DNA of 64,000 bases, from assembly GCF_009914755.1 (NCBI RefSeq), contig NC_060927.1. The stretch is one strand, 5' to 3'. This stretch comes from the human T2T-CHM13v2.0 reference genome, Homo sapiens. Each line of letters begins with the position of its first letter. The stretch's first letter is position 1. The translations under genes and the position numbers were made by a program. This document shows positions 1 to 17,805 of this stretch, piece after piece. The notes beneath the pieces were generated by a model, which was not told where the DNA came from, searched no databases, and saw only the letters and a list, made by a program, of their open reading frames with translations.

Positions 1-220
1 CAAAGATATATCACGATCAAAATGAGTTTATGCTGGGTATACAAAGTACATTTAAATTAGAAAATCAATGTATTTGATTTATAAAATTAACAGATTGAAG
101 AAAAAATATGATAATCTGAATAGATGCAGCAAAGCATTTAATAAAGTTAATAAATATTCATGATTTAAAAAAAACTATTAGCTAACCAAGGATTGATTGG
201 AACTTCTTTAACCTGATAAA
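1..220 (+). mobile_element. Old L1M fragment (degenerate ORF2 RT region)
   Basis: Degenerate match to L1 ORF2 (aatagatgcagcaaagcattta..., aacctgataaagg). Confidence 0.6.
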
Positions 221-399
221 GGCAGAGACTGCTATTTCCCTATTTACTTTCCAATATTCGCTTCTATTTTAGTTAAATAATCTCAATTTTGATGGGATAT
301 CTGTGTAAACTATAAGAAGACCCCACATTTTTTAACTTCACTTGTAGCTGATTACTCATGAAACATGAGGGTTTTGCAAGCTCTTTGAGAAGGCCTCTT

Positions 400-1298
400 T
401 TTTTTATTATTATACTTTAAGTTTTAGGGTACATGTGCACAATGTGCAGGTTAGTTACATATGTATACATGTGACATGCTGGTGCACTGCACCCACTAAC
501 TCATCATCTAGCATTAGGTATATCTCCCAATGCTATCCCTCCCCCCTCCCCCACCCCACAACAGTCCCCAGAGTGTGATGTTCCCCTTCCTGTGTCCATG
601 TGTTCTCATTGTTCAATTCCCACCTATGAGTGAGAATATGCGGTGTTTGGTTTTTTGTTCTTGCGATAGCTTACTGAGAATGATGATTTCCAATTTCATC
701 CATGTCCCTACAAAGGACATGAACTCATCATTTTTTATGGCTGCATAGTATTCCATGGTGTATATGTGCCACATTTTCTTCATCCAGTCTATCATTGTTG
801 GACATTTGGGTTGGTTCCAAGTCTTTACTATTGTGAATAGTGCCGCAATAAACATACGTGTGCATGTGTCTTTATAGCAGCATGATTTATAGTCCTTTGG
901 GTATATACCCAGTAATGGGATGGCTGGGTCAAATGGTATTTCTAGTTCTAGATCCCTGAGGAATCGCCACACTGACTTCCACAATGGTTGAACTAGTTTA
1001 CAGTCCCACCAACAGTGTAAAAGTGTTCCTATTTCTCCACATGCTCTCCAGCATCTGTTGTTTCCTGACTTCTTAATGATTGCCATTCTAACTGGTGTGA
1101 GATGGTATCTCATTGTGGTTTTGATTTGCATTTCTCTGATGGCCAGTGATAGTGAGCATTTTTTCATGTGCTTTTTGGCTGCATAAATGTCTTCTTTTGA
1201 GAATTGTCTGTTCACGTCCTTCGCCCACTTTTTGATGGGGTTGTTTGTTTTTTTCTTGTAAATTTGTTTGAGTTCATTGTAGATTCTGGATATTAGCC
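400..1298 (-). mobile_element. 5'-truncated L1PA2/L1PA3 (~0.9 kb)
   Basis: ORF2 C-terminus (...[11 protein letters not shown]), 3'UTR and poly(A). 14-bp TSD TGAGAAGGCCTCTT at 386-399 and 1299-1312. Confidence 0.95.
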
Positions 1299-1477
1299 TG
1301 AGAAGGCCTCTTAATAGAAACTGATTTTCCCCCATATCCCTACCCCCAACTTCCTCCTTCTTGTTTCCTGAACAGTTGCTGTGAAGACTAGAAATGCACG
1401 AGCCATTTTGCATCATGAAATGACCTTAAAAGGGCAATTCACATGAAGAATGGTGGAGGAGAAAGATTAAAGAGATA

Positions 1478-1760
1478 CCCAGATAGTGAGCATAGTACCT
1501 GATAGGTGGAATTTTTTTCAACTCATGTTGTCCTCCCTATCTCCCACTTCTAGTAGTTTGCAGTGTCTATTTTTCCCATATTTATGTCTGTGTGTGCTCA
1601 ACGTTTAGCTCCTATTTATAAGTGAGAACCTGTGGTATTTAGCTTTGTGTTTCTTTGTTAATTTATTCAGGATGATGGCCCCTAACTGCATCCATGTTGC
1701 TGCAAAAGACATTATTCCATTCTTTTTATGCGTGCATAGTGTTCCATGGTGTATATGTGT
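1478..1760 (-). mobile_element. Old L1 3'-end fragment (L1PA16/L1PB-like)
   Basis: gtgagcatagtacctgataggt..., tataagtgagaac..., catccatgttgctgcaaaagac match older L1 3' ends. Confidence 0.7.
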
Positions 1761-1779
1761 GTGGTATGAATACACTATA

Positions 1780-3180
1780 GAACTTTGACATTAAAATAAA
1801 CACTTTTCCATCAAAAGACCTTATAAAGGAAATAAAAAGACAAGCCATAAGCAGAGCTATTTGAAACACTTAGAATTGACAAAGGATTTAGTACCCAGAT
1901 TATGTAAGTAAATCCTAAAAATATAATAGAAAAAAAGACAAATGACTCAACAGAAAATTAGAAAATATTATTGAACTGGTTTTCAAAGAAGAGTTAATAC
2001 GAATGGTATCAAATCTATGAAATGATTGTAATCTAATAATCAGAAAAATGCAAATTAAAACTATAATGAAATATAATTTTGCTTGACATGATTGGCAGAA
2101 ATGTTTAAGTCTGACAATACCAAGTATTTGAAGGCTGTAGTACAAGTTTTATTATTTTTGAGATTGTATATTTTCACTACCATCTAGGTAATTAGGCATT
2201 ATCTATTACATTTTAAGATGTACACAATTGATTACCCAGAAATTTTCTCTCACATGAAAAACCCAAAACATTTACATGTATATTTTAGGAGACAAGTATG
2301 CAAATACTCATAGCAGTTTTTTTTTTTAAGTAAAATACTACAAATACCCCAAATGCTACACTATAAATGGCCATCAGCAGAAGAATGGGTAAATAAGTTG
2401 TGGTATACAATATGGATTGGCTGTGTTCCCACCTAAATACCTTGAATTATAATAATTCCTGTGTGTCAAGGGTCAGAGGGGTGGGGCAGGTGGAGATAAT
2501 TGAATCATGGGGGCAGTTTCCCCCATACTGTTCTCATGGTAGTGAATAAGTGTCATGAGATCTGATGGTTTTATAACTGGGAGTTCCCCTGCACAAGCTC
2601 TCTTTCCTGCCACCATGTAAGACATGTTTTTGCTTCTCCCTTGTCTTCCGCCATGATCATGAGGGCTCCCCAGCCATGTGGAGCTGTGAGTCCATTAAAC
2701 CTCTTTTCTTTATAAATTACCCAGTGTTGGGTATGTCTTTATTAGAAGAGTGAGAACAGACTAATACAGTATATTTATATGAAAGAATAATGCACAGCAG
2801 TGAAATGAGTGAACTACAACTACACAGATTAACATGGAAAAATCTATAATAAAATTTTAACCAAAAGAAAAAGTGTCAAAATATGACATAAATATGATTC
2901 TATTAAAGTTCAAAAATGTGCAAAGCAAATTAATAAATTTTAATTACACTTATGTGGTAAACAATAAAGAAATGCATGGAAAAGATAAGTACAATGATCT
3001 GAATAGTTTTCTTCTCTGTGTATGGGATAAGGAGTGGCTAAGGTCACACAGAATCTGAAAACTGGTAATGGTCCTTGCCTTAACCCACGCTGTGGATACC
3101 AAGGTTTTATTAATTATTATTATTTACATTTTTAATTTTTATTCTCCTGTATGTGTGAAATATTTCATATTAAAAAGCAA
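1780..3180 (+). mobile_element. Old L1M 3' region, interrupted by a THE1 LTR
   Basis: Degenerate ORF2 end/3'UTR motifs (aaatgcaaattaaaactataatgaaata; gaatgggtaaataagttgtggtata). Confidence 0.65.
2408..2768 (+). mobile_element. THE1C/D-type MaLR solo LTR
   Basis: ...atatggattggctgtg... through ...gaacagactaataca; 5-bp TSD GTATA at 2403-2407 and 2769-2773. Confidence 0.9.
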
Positions 3181-3476
3181 AAACAAACTACAACAAAAAA
3201 TAGTAAGAATTACTCAGGACAGACTATCTAGTTCTATGGACATGATTATTTTAAGGGAGCCAGTATTATGAAACTGTTATAACCTCTTCTGGGTAAAAAT
3301 GATGGCTTGTGATACCATTCAATGCAACCTTACTTTTCTCATTGAGTACAGTGAGAATCAGGGTTGTATTTCCAACCCTCTTCCCCATCAGATTTCTAAT
3401 AAAAACATTAAGATAATAAGGCAGTGTAATCTCTAGACAGGCTGATTTCTCACAGAAATTTTCAAAGCATGGTGTG

Positions 3477-3684
3477 TGATATGGCTTGGCTGTGTCCCCA
3501 CCCAAATCTCATCTTGATTTGTAGCTCCCATAATTCCCATATGTTGTGGAAGGAACCCAGTGGAAGATAATTGAATCATGGAGGGTTTCCCCTGTACTGT
3601 TATCATAATAGTAAATAAGTCTCATAAAATCTGATATTTTCTATAGGGTTTCCCCTTACATTTTGTTCTCATTCATTCTTTCTT
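3477..3684 (+). mobile_element. THE1B-like LTR, 5' half (split by L1)
   Basis: Begins TGATATGGCTTGGCTGTGTCCCCACCCAAATCTC; the LTR resumes at ~12014. Confidence 0.9.
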
Positions 3685-5500
3685 TCTTTTATTAAAATTC
3701 TACTTTAAGTTCTGGGAGACATGTGCAGAACGTGCAGGTTTGTTACACAGGTATACATGTGCCATGGTGGTTGGCTTCACCCATCAACCTGTCATCTACA
3801 TTAGTATTTCTCCTAATGCTATCCCTCCCTTTGCCCCCCACTCCCTGACAGGCCCCAGTGTGTGATGTTCCCTTTCCTGTGCCCATATGTTATCATTGTT
3901 CAACTCCCACTTATGAGTGTGAACATGTGATGTTTGGTTTTCTGTTCCTGTGTTAGTTTGCTGAGAATGATGGTTTCCAGCTTCATCCATGTCCCTGCAA
4001 AGGGCATGAACTCATTCTTCTTTATGGCTGCATAGTATTCTGTGGTGTATATGTGCCACATTTTCTTTATCCAGTCTAATATTGATGGGCATTTGGGTTG
4101 GTTCCAAGTCTTTGCTATTGTGAATAGTGCCACAATAAACACAGGTGTACATGTGTCTTTATAGTAGAATGATTTATAACCCTTTGGGTATATACCCAGT
4201 AATGGGACTGCTGGCTGAAAAGATATTTCTAGTTTTAGATCTTTGAGGAATGACCACACTGTCTTCCACAATGGTTGAACTAATTTACACTCCTACCAAC
4301 AGTGTAAGAGCATTCCTATTTCTCCACATCCTCTCCAGCATCTGCTGTTTCCTGGCTTTTGAATGATCGCCATTCTAACTAGTGTGAGATGGTAACTCAC
4401 TGTGGTTTTGATTGGCATTTCTCTAATGATCAGTGACGATGACCTTTTTTCATATGTTTGTTGGCCACATAAATATCTTCTTTTGAAAAGTGTCCATTCA
4501 TATCCTTCACCCACTTTTTGATGGTGTTGCTTGTTTTTTTTTTTTTTTTTTTGCAAATTTATTTATGTTCCTTATAGATTCTGGATATTAGCCCTTTGGC
4601 ACATGGAGAGATTGCAAAAATTTTCTCCCCTTCTGTAGGTTGCCTCTTCACTCTGATGATAGTTTCTTTTGCTGTGCAGAAGCTCTTTAGTTTAATTAGA
4701 TCCTATTTGTCAATTTTGGCTTTTGTTGCCATTGCTTTTGGTATTTTAGTCATGAAGTCCTTTCCCATTCCTATGTACTGAATGGTATTGCCTAGGTTTT
4801 CTTCTAGGGTTTTTATGGTTTTAGGTGTTATGTTTAAATCTTTAATCCACCTTGAGTTAATTTTTGTATAAGGTGTAAGGAAGGGTCCAGTTTCAGTTTT
4901 CTGCATATTACTAGCCAGTTTTCCCAACACCTTTTATTAAATAGGGAATCCTTTCCCCGTTGCTTGTTTTTGTGAGGTTTGTCAAAAAAAGATCAGATGG
5001 TTGTAGATGTGTGGTGTTATTTCTGAGGCCTCTGTTCTGTTCCATTGGTCTATATATCTCTTTTGGTACCAGCACCGTGCTGTTTGGTTAACTGTAGCCT
5101 TGTAGCATAGATTGAAGTCTGGTAGAGTGATGTCTCCAGCTTTGTTCTTTTTGCTTAGGATTGTCTTGGCTATATGGGCTCTTTGTTGGTTCCATATGAA
5201 ATTTAAAATAGTTTTTTCTAATTCCGTGAAGAAAGTCAATGGTAGCTTCATAGGAATAGCATTGAATCTATAAATTACTTTGAGCAGTATGGCCATTTTC
5301 ATGACATTTATTCTTCCTATCCATGAGCATGGATGGTTTTTCCATTTGTTTGTGTCCTCTCTTATTTCCTTGAGCAGTGGTTTATAGTTCTTGACAACGT
5401 CCTTTACATCCCTTGTAAATTGTATTCCTAGGTATTTTATTCTCTTTGTAACAATTGTGAATGGGAGTTCACTCATGATTTGGCTCTCTGTTTGTCTATT
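3685..5500 (-). mobile_element. L1PA7/8-like element, 3' part (ORF2 C-terminal half and 3'UTR)
   Basis: Frameshifted ORF2 pieces in the ORF track (4982-5476, 3900-4271) and an older-type 3'UTR. The element resumes at 11478. Confidence 0.9.
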
Positions 5501-5630
5501 TTTTTTATTATACTTTAAGTTTTAGGGTACATGTGCACAATGTGCAGGTTAGTTACATATGTATACATGTGCCATGCTGGTGCGCTGCACCCACTAACTC
5601 GTCATCTAGCATTAGGTATATCTCCCAATG

Positions 5631-9527
<3,897 letters not shown>

Positions 9528-9563
9528 TTAGTTGATGCAGTTTCTTCCTAGTCTCGATGGTCT

Positions 9564-10580
9564 TTACATTTTGGCATGATTTTGCAGCGGCTGGTACCAG
9601 TTGTTCCTTTCCATGTTTAGCGCTTCCTTCAGGAGCTCTTCTAGGGCAGGCCTGGTGGTGACAAAATCTCTCAGCATTTGCTTGTCTGTAAAGTATTTTA
9701 TTTCTCCTTCACTTATGAAGCTTAGTTTGGCTGGATATGAAATTCTGGGTTGAAAATTCTTTTCTTTAAGAATGTTGAGTATTGGCCCCCACTCTCTTCT
9801 GGCTTGTAGGGTTTCTGCCGAGAGATCCACTGTTAGTCTGATGGGCTTCCCTTTGAGGGTAACCTGACCTTTCTCTCTGGCTGCCCTTAACATTGTTTCC
9901 TTCATTTCAACTTTGGTGAATCTGACAATTATGTGTCTTGGAGTTGCTCTTCTCGAGGAGTATCTTTGTGGTGTTCTCTGTATTTCCTGAATCTGAACAT
10001 TGGCCTGCCTTGCTAGATTGGGGAAGTTCTCCTGGATAATATCCTGCAGAGTGTTTTCCAACTTGGTTCCATTCTCCCCATCACTTTCAGGTACACCAAT
10101 CAGATGTAGATTTGGTCTTTTCACATAGTCCCATATTTCTTGGAGGCTTTGCTCATTTCTTTTTATTCATTTTTCTCTAAACTTCCCTTCTCTCTTCATT
10201 TCATTCATTTCATCTTCCATTGCTGATACCCTTTCTTCCAGTTGATCGCATTGGCTCCTGAGGCTTCTGCATTCTTCACGTAGTTCTCGAGCCTTGGTTT
10301 TCAGCTCCATCACCTCCTTTAAGCATTTCTCTGTATTGGTTATTCTAGTTATACATTCTTCTAAATTTTTTTCAAAGTTTTCAATTTCTTTGCCTTTGGT
10401 TTGAATGTCCTCCCATAGCTCAGAGTAATTTGATCGTCTGAAGCCTTCTTCTCTCAGCTCGTCGAAGTCATTCTCCATCCAGCTTTCTTCCGTTGCTGGT
10501 GAGGAACTGCGTTCCTTTGGAGGAGGAGAGGCGCTCTGCTTTTTAGAGTTTCCAGTTTTTCTGTTCTGTTTTTTCCCCAT
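9564..10580 (-). pseudogene. L1 ORF1p with a single nonsense codon (AGA>TGA at codon 138)
   Basis: 1017-nt span in one frame; ORF-track pieces 10167-10580 and 9564-10124. Confidence 0.9.
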
Positions 10581-11027
10581 CTTTGTGGTTTTATCTACTT
10601 TTGGTCGTTGCTGATGGTGATGTACAGATGGGTTTTTGGTGTGGATGTCCTTTCTGTTTGTTAGTTTTCCTTCTAACAGACAGGACCCTCAGCTGCAGGT
10701 CTGTTGGAATACCCTGCCGTCTGAGGTGTCAGTGTGCCTCTGCTGGGGGGTGCCTCCCAGTTAGGCTGCTCGGGGGTCAGGGGTCAGGGACCCACTTGAG
10801 GAGGCAGTCTGCCGGTTCTCAGATCTCCAGCTGTGTGCTGGGAGAACCACTGCTCTCTTCAAAGCTGTCAGACAGGGACATTTAAGTCTGCAGAGGTTAC
10901 TGCTTTTTGTCTGTGCCCTGCCCCCAGAGGTGGAGCCTACAGAGGCAGGCAGGCGTCCTTGAACTGTGGTGGGCTCCACCCAGTTCGAGCTTCCTGGCTG
11001 CTTTGTTTACCTAATCAAGCCTGGGCA

Positions 11028-11168
11028 ATGGCGGGCGCCCCTCCCCCAGCCTCGCTGCCGCCTTGCAGTTTGATCTCAGACTGCTGTGCTAGCAATCAGC
11101 GAGACTCCGTGGGCGTAGGACCCTCCGAGCCAGGTGCGGGGTATAATCTCGTGGTGTGCCGTTTTTAA
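11028..11168 (+). CDS. L1 antisense ORF0, truncated to 46 aa
   Basis: MAGAPPPASLPPCSLISDCCASNQRDSVGVGPSEPGAGYNLVVCRF* with strong Kozak gcaATGg. A shortened T-run creates an early TAA. Expression is not shown. Confidence 0.7.
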   Translation: MAGAPPPASLPPCSLISDCCASNQRDSVGVGPSEPGAGYNLVVCRF

Positions 11169-11453
11169 GCCGGTCCTAAAAGCGCAATATTCGGGTGGGA
11201 GTGACCCGATTTTCCAGGTACGTCCGTCACCCCTTTCTTTGACTCGGAAAGGGAACTCCCTGATCCCTTGCGCTTCCCAAGTGAGGCAAAGCCTCGCCCT
11301 GCTTCAGCTGGCGCACCGTGTGCACACCCACTGACCTGCGCCCACTGTCTGGCACTCCCTAGTGAGATGAACCTGGTACCTCAGATGGAAATGCAGAAAT
11401 CACCCGTCTTCTGCGTCGCTCACGCTGGGAGCTGTAGACCAGAGCTGTTCCTA

Positions 11454-12013
<560 letters not shown>

Positions 12014-12178
12014 CATTCTTTCTTGTCTGCCACCATGTAATATGTGTCTTTCACCTTCTGCCATGACTGTGAGGACTCCCAGCCATGTGGAACTGTAGGT
12101 CCACTAAACTTTGTTTTTTTAATAAATTACCCCGTCTCAGGTATGCCTTTATCAGCAGCATGAAAATGGACTAATACA
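12014..12178 (+). mobile_element. THE1B-like LTR, 3' half
   Basis: ...ccagccatgtggaactgt... ending atgaaaatggactaataca. Confidence 0.9.
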
Positions 12179-12739
12179 TTCTTTCTTTTGTGGAAACAGC
12201 AAAAATTATGCCTGAGGAGGGAAATTCAGGACTGTAATTATAAATACAGCAATAATGTTGTTAAAACTTTATATATCACTCTATATAAGTTGGACAAACT
12301 TCTCAAAGTTTTAAATAGATTTACTTATTTGTTTTCAAATTAACCCTATGAGATAGAAATTATTATCCTCATTTTACAACTGAGGAGATTGTTTTTTCTG
12401 AAAATTATCCATGCTCTTTTAGTCCAAAGATTTCTTCTACAACAATGAAGAAGGCTCCCATGACTGATGGGCAGGGACCTAAGCCTGTAAACATGGTTCT
12501 CCAAGAATCTTAATCAGTTTATTGGAGGACACTTGATTGCCTGTTGTCTGGCTCCTTTTGTGTTTTCTGTAGCCCTTGCCTTAATTAATGTGACAATAAT
12601 ATGCACCTGAATTTAATTCTTTTTTTTCTGTTCCATTGTCCTTCATTCCTGAGCACCCACTTCATTCCTGTATTTCAGAATATTAATAAACTATAAAACA
12701 AATTTCCAGATATGTAACAAAAGCAACAGTTCAGACCTG

Positions 12740-13950
12740 TAGTGAAAAAAAAATGCTAATTTCAATAAATAGTGCTGAGTCAATTGTTTATCCATATGGA
12801 GAAAAAATAGTAGATTGATTCATACCTCACACTGTACACAAAAGTTAATTCTAGATGGATTACATATTTAAATATGAAAATAAAACATACAACTTTAAGA
12901 GAAAGTATAGAATAACATATTTATGTCTTTGGAATACCCCTGAATTTCTTGAGCAGGATACAAAAAGCTCAATTCATAAAAGAAAAAAATGATAAATCAG
13001 ATTATATTTAAGAATTTCCTAAATCAAAAGGTGCCATTCTGAAATCAAGAAGCAAGATATTGAGTTAAATAAGACATTTGGAATACATGTATCCCACAAA
13101 TCATTTCTATCTTGAACTTATTAATACTTCCTATAAATCAGTAAGAAAAACACAGATGAACCAACAGAAAAATGTACAAAAGATTAGAAGAGATACTTTA
13201 CAAAAGAAGATAACAAAATATCCCACATATATTTGAAAAAATGATCCATAGCATCAATCATAAGTGAAATTCCAATAAAACCATGATTAGATACTGTATA
13301 TACTCACTTGAATTGCCAAAATGAAAAAGACATTATCAAGTTTTGGTCAGGGTATGAAATGATTAGAACCCTCATACCAGTTTGTAGAAGTGTAAATTAG
13401 TATAACCACTTCAGTAATTGTCTCGCAGTATTCATTAATCTTATACTTTATGACCCAGTATTTCCACACTTACTCACACGCCAATAGATGTACACACAAG
13501 CTTAACAAAAGATATGTACTAGATTGTTTATAGCAGCAATATTTTTAATATCCTAAGACACAAAACTACAAAATGGTCATCAAAAATTAGATAAATAAGT
13601 CATACTCACACAATATAATACTGTATATCATTGAGAATAAACAATTGACAAATAAACACAACCATATGGATGTGTCTCAGAAACATAATATTAAAAGAAA
13701 GAAACCCAGAAAAATAGTGTATGTACTGTATGATTCCATAATAAAGTGAACCTATGTGCAAACTATTCTACTTGGTAGAAATCAGGGTAATGATTGCTTG
13801 GACATTGGGAGATGGTATCATGAGTGGAAAGGGGGCTTTCTGGAGTGTTGGTACAAAAATGAAATTAGTTTGTGAAAAACCATCAATCTGTATAATTTTG
13901 AAATGTTCACTTTTATGTATACATATTAAACTTTGAGTTAAAAAAAAATT
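12740..13950 (+). mobile_element. Old L1M (L1MD/ME-like) 3' region
   Basis: Degenerate ORF2 end/3'UTR (aaagttaattctagatggatt; gtaaattagtataaccact). Confidence 0.7.
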
Positions 13951-14335
13951 CCAGCCCATGATGATCTTATTTCAAAGGTGGGGACTTGCTAACCTGAGAC
14001 AGAAAAGTAGGATGCTGGAGAGTGAGGTACCAGTTGTGGGATCCTGAGGGAAGTGGAGCAATGTGTCAAGCAGATTTACTGTGAAGCAAATGAAACTTCA
14101 ACTTCAGGGCCTCAATCCCAGGAGTTCCTTCTAAGGCCCTCGGCAAGGGGTTGCGCAATATGTTGTGTTAAATTTTTCCAAACCGTCAGCTTTTCACTTC
14201 CATTTACGTTACTACCTCTTCATTATAGTAAAAATGTGTGTGCCTGAGAAACACCTTTATACCTTCTCTTAAGTTATTCACCCAGTCCTGGACCCCTTGA
14301 GTCACTGACTGACTTGGTAATTGTTTGGGGCAAAG

Positions 14336-16167
14336 TGTTATGGGATCTTTGAGGTGTTGCTTTTCTGGACAGAAACCTCTGTGGCCAGTGATGCCTTTGC
14401 CCAAGTTTTGCTTGGGCCTGCTGGGCTCATTCTGCTCACTCAGCCTGGCAGGCTGCACTTGGCTCACACTACCAGCCTGCCAAGGGCAAGTCAGGCATGG
14501 AGCAGCAAGAGGTGTGTGACCAAGCATGAGGTCTGGCCACTGCACACAATTGGACATTCTGGCTGCTGCCACAGAATGGGTAGCTCCAGGTGATGGCATA
14601 GACACTGGCTCTCTGCAAGACTGAGGCTGGAGCAGGCACACTGCAAGCAGCTTCCCTGGCTGGCACTGGGGAATTCAGTGGCACCGAGAAGCTTGGAGAT
14701 GCCAGGAACCACAAGTCTCCAAAGAGGGAGTCACAGCACCAGCTCAGGGAGCTTCCAGGTTTGGGATTCCTGAAGGACTGCAACTCTCCTTCTCTTTGTC
14801 TGCAACATGGCAAGCAAGGGGCATGTTTCAGCCCTGTTTGTGTTACAGCTCTTTCAGCCTCACCGTTCAGCAAGTCCAAAATTCTTGTCCTGTGACCAGG
14901 AAGAATGAGGTACACAGACAAGTGGAGGATGAGCAAGATGAAGAGGAGCTTTATTGAGCAATAGAACAACCCAGAGAAGATCCACAGGCAGTAGCTCCTT
15001 TCTGCAGCCAGAGTGTCCTGATGAGTGTTCTGTTCCTAGCAGAGAGAGTAGCTCCTTTCTGCAGGCAGGTCATCCCAACAACTGTTCAGCTATCAGCAGA
15101 AAGGGTAGCTTCTCTCTGCAGCTGGTTTTCCTGTCATCTGCAGTTCTCAGGAGAGAGACCGTGGAGTGAGTAGCTCCTGTCTCTGCAGCTGGTCATCCCA
15201 ACATCTGCAGCTCTCAGCATAGGAGGCCCTGGAGTGGGTAACTCCTCTCTGCAGCTGGTCATCCCAACATCTGCATCACTCAGCAGAGAGGAGGCCCTGG
15301 AGTGGGTAGCTCCTCTCTACAGGTGGTCATCCTGATGTCTGCTCAGTTCTGGCTGAGCCCAGGACTTTTATGGGCCTCAGAATGGAGGAATTACACACCA
15401 ATTCGTCCATGGGTGGCCATGGGTGGGCCGGAAAAGGCAGCACAAGTTCCCACTCCAGTTTGTGGAACTGGAAGCCCAGCCCCCAACCTTCAGGCCTTCC
15501 CTGGCCTGAAGGTGGGGCCACACCAGGGACTGCCCCCTTCTGCCCAGGAACCTGTGTCCGGCTGCCATTCATGGCACCAAGGCTGTAGGTGCCAAGAGGT
15601 GCCTGCAGGCCCGTGCCAAGCTGCCCTCAGTGCCACCTCAGCTTCCCTCCTATGCTTATTGGTGCCCAAAGTCCAGAGGGGGTTGAGGCAGCAGAGGGCT
15701 GGTATGTCAGTGCTACTCTGAGTGTGTGCACACCTGGTGGGCTGTGACAGTGCCCAGCTTGGCCCCAATTTTGCTCCAAGATCAGAGCATATGCTGAGAG
15801 CAGGGAGAAGACAGGCAGTGGGAGTATGCATTTCTGAGCCTGTGAGGGCAGTGGGGGCCTTCCTAGGTCCTCAAGAGTGCAGAGATGCCTGGGTCTGCAG
15901 CCATGGGTTGGGCAACTGCACCCACGCCTAGGGGGCAGGACTTCTGCCTGCTCCTTGGAGCAGGAGGCCTGGCTCTGCAGCAGTTACTTGGGCAGCAGAG
16001 TTGTGCCGGGGAGCTCCCACCCCACTGACTCAGAAGAAGCAGGGCTTTCACTAGTCCCTGGCTCCTGCCAGCTCCCTGAGTGTTGGAGTGTGCAACCCTG
16101 GCCACGCCTCCCTGCTGCAGCTGGCATGATGGCAGCAGCTGCTCCAGATGGGCCACTGCTGCCATCA
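14336..16167 (-). mobile_element. MER52-like ERV1 solo LTR (~1.8 kb, GC-rich)
   Basis: TG...CA termini (tgttatgggatc...ctgctgccatca), internal gtagctcctctctgcagctggtc repeats, near-TSD AAAG/ATAG. Confidence 0.8.
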
Positions 16168-16304
16168 ATAGGATCCATGTATTTCAGTCTTCCTTGTGGT
16201 GCACATGATGCACACACCTTTGAAAAGGTCTCCATAAAGGGAATTGTTAGTTTGCAGGAGTCAAGACTCTTTTCCCCTTATGGTTTAGTTCCTTATTTCC
16301 TCTA

Positions 16305-16642
<338 letters not shown>

Positions 16643-17654
16643 TTATGAACATGTCAGACTATATGGTAGGCTTAGAAAAAGCTAAAGCAAATTAACTGAC
16701 ATAGAAAGAACTTAAAGCTATGAGCTACATGTTGTATTTCCCATAGTCAATGGGAAAAGCACCCCCAAATTAAAATCCTTTGCAGAGAGTATGTTTGTAC
16801 ATGTGACTTATTTCCCAGTCTTGTTATCTTTGTTCTGGATTTACTTTCTTTTAAGAAAGTAATGTCATCTAACCTCAGGTATGAAAATTTGATCTACCTT
16901 TTGGGAAACTCATCTCTTACCCACACAGGTTTTTAGAGTTACCCTAGTCTTCATCCCCGTACCCCTACAGTTCATTTTCTCGTTCTGAGTTACATCTAGA
17001 ATACTTTCCTGGAGATGCGTGAAGAACAGTTCAGGTTGACTTTGGTATTCAAGATCCCCCGGCAAAATTCAGGTTGGGCATAGCCCCGTCAAATTCTGTC
17101 ATTTTAAAGGTGGCCCTGCAACTTAAAAAAAAAGTTGCACTTATGCTTCTTTCATTTTTTCAGGTTTTCAGTGGATAACTGATCATAACACTTGCACACA
17201 CACTGAAAGCATATATCTCCCTAGAACAAAGCTTAACACCCAAATTTTCATAATCAATAAAGTTTATACTCAAAACAAAAATTATTTTCTAACTGTTCCA
17301 TCATCCAAAAAGCCATTCCAGTCCACCAAAGAGTTTGTATTCACACAGTGGAATAGCACAATTTTTTTTTCTCCATTTCATCTCCTTCCTACTACAGCTT
17401 TCAAACTGTCATCTGCCAGGCCTATTGAAGACTAAGAAACTACCAGGTACTAAGTGAGTTGTTGTTCCACTAGATCTATAAGAACCAAGATGAAATCTCC
17501 AAAGGATTCCTCCTAAGGGTCTGCTTAACTTTAGACACAATGCCACACATTCTTTCCTTGGTCAGTTTTCCCGAGAATTTGTATTATAGATTGGTGATGA
17601 TGGGAAAAGGAGTCATTGTCATAGAATTGATACATATTTGATGTTCCCTTAGCC

Positions 17655-17805
17655 TGGAAAAGTGGATCTCAAAATAAGACACTCGGACTAGCAGAATTAG
17701 CATGACCTGGGGAACTCATGGGAACCTATGACAGATCTACTCAATCAGAAACTCTAGGGCGAGACCCAGTGATTTGGGTTAAAATTTGACAACCTCTGGT
17801 CTAGG
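17655..17805. mobile_element. MER5A-like hAT MITE
   Basis: agcagaattagcatgacctgg...ctactcaatcagaaactct. Confidence 0.55.

Noticed and set aside
613-1416. 267-aa ORF
   Set aside because: L1 ORF2 C-terminus fused by chance to flanking sequence across the TSD; not a gene.
17117-17139. TGCAACTT-A7-AAGTTGCA hairpin
   Set aside because: An 8-bp stem is expected by chance in 64 kb.
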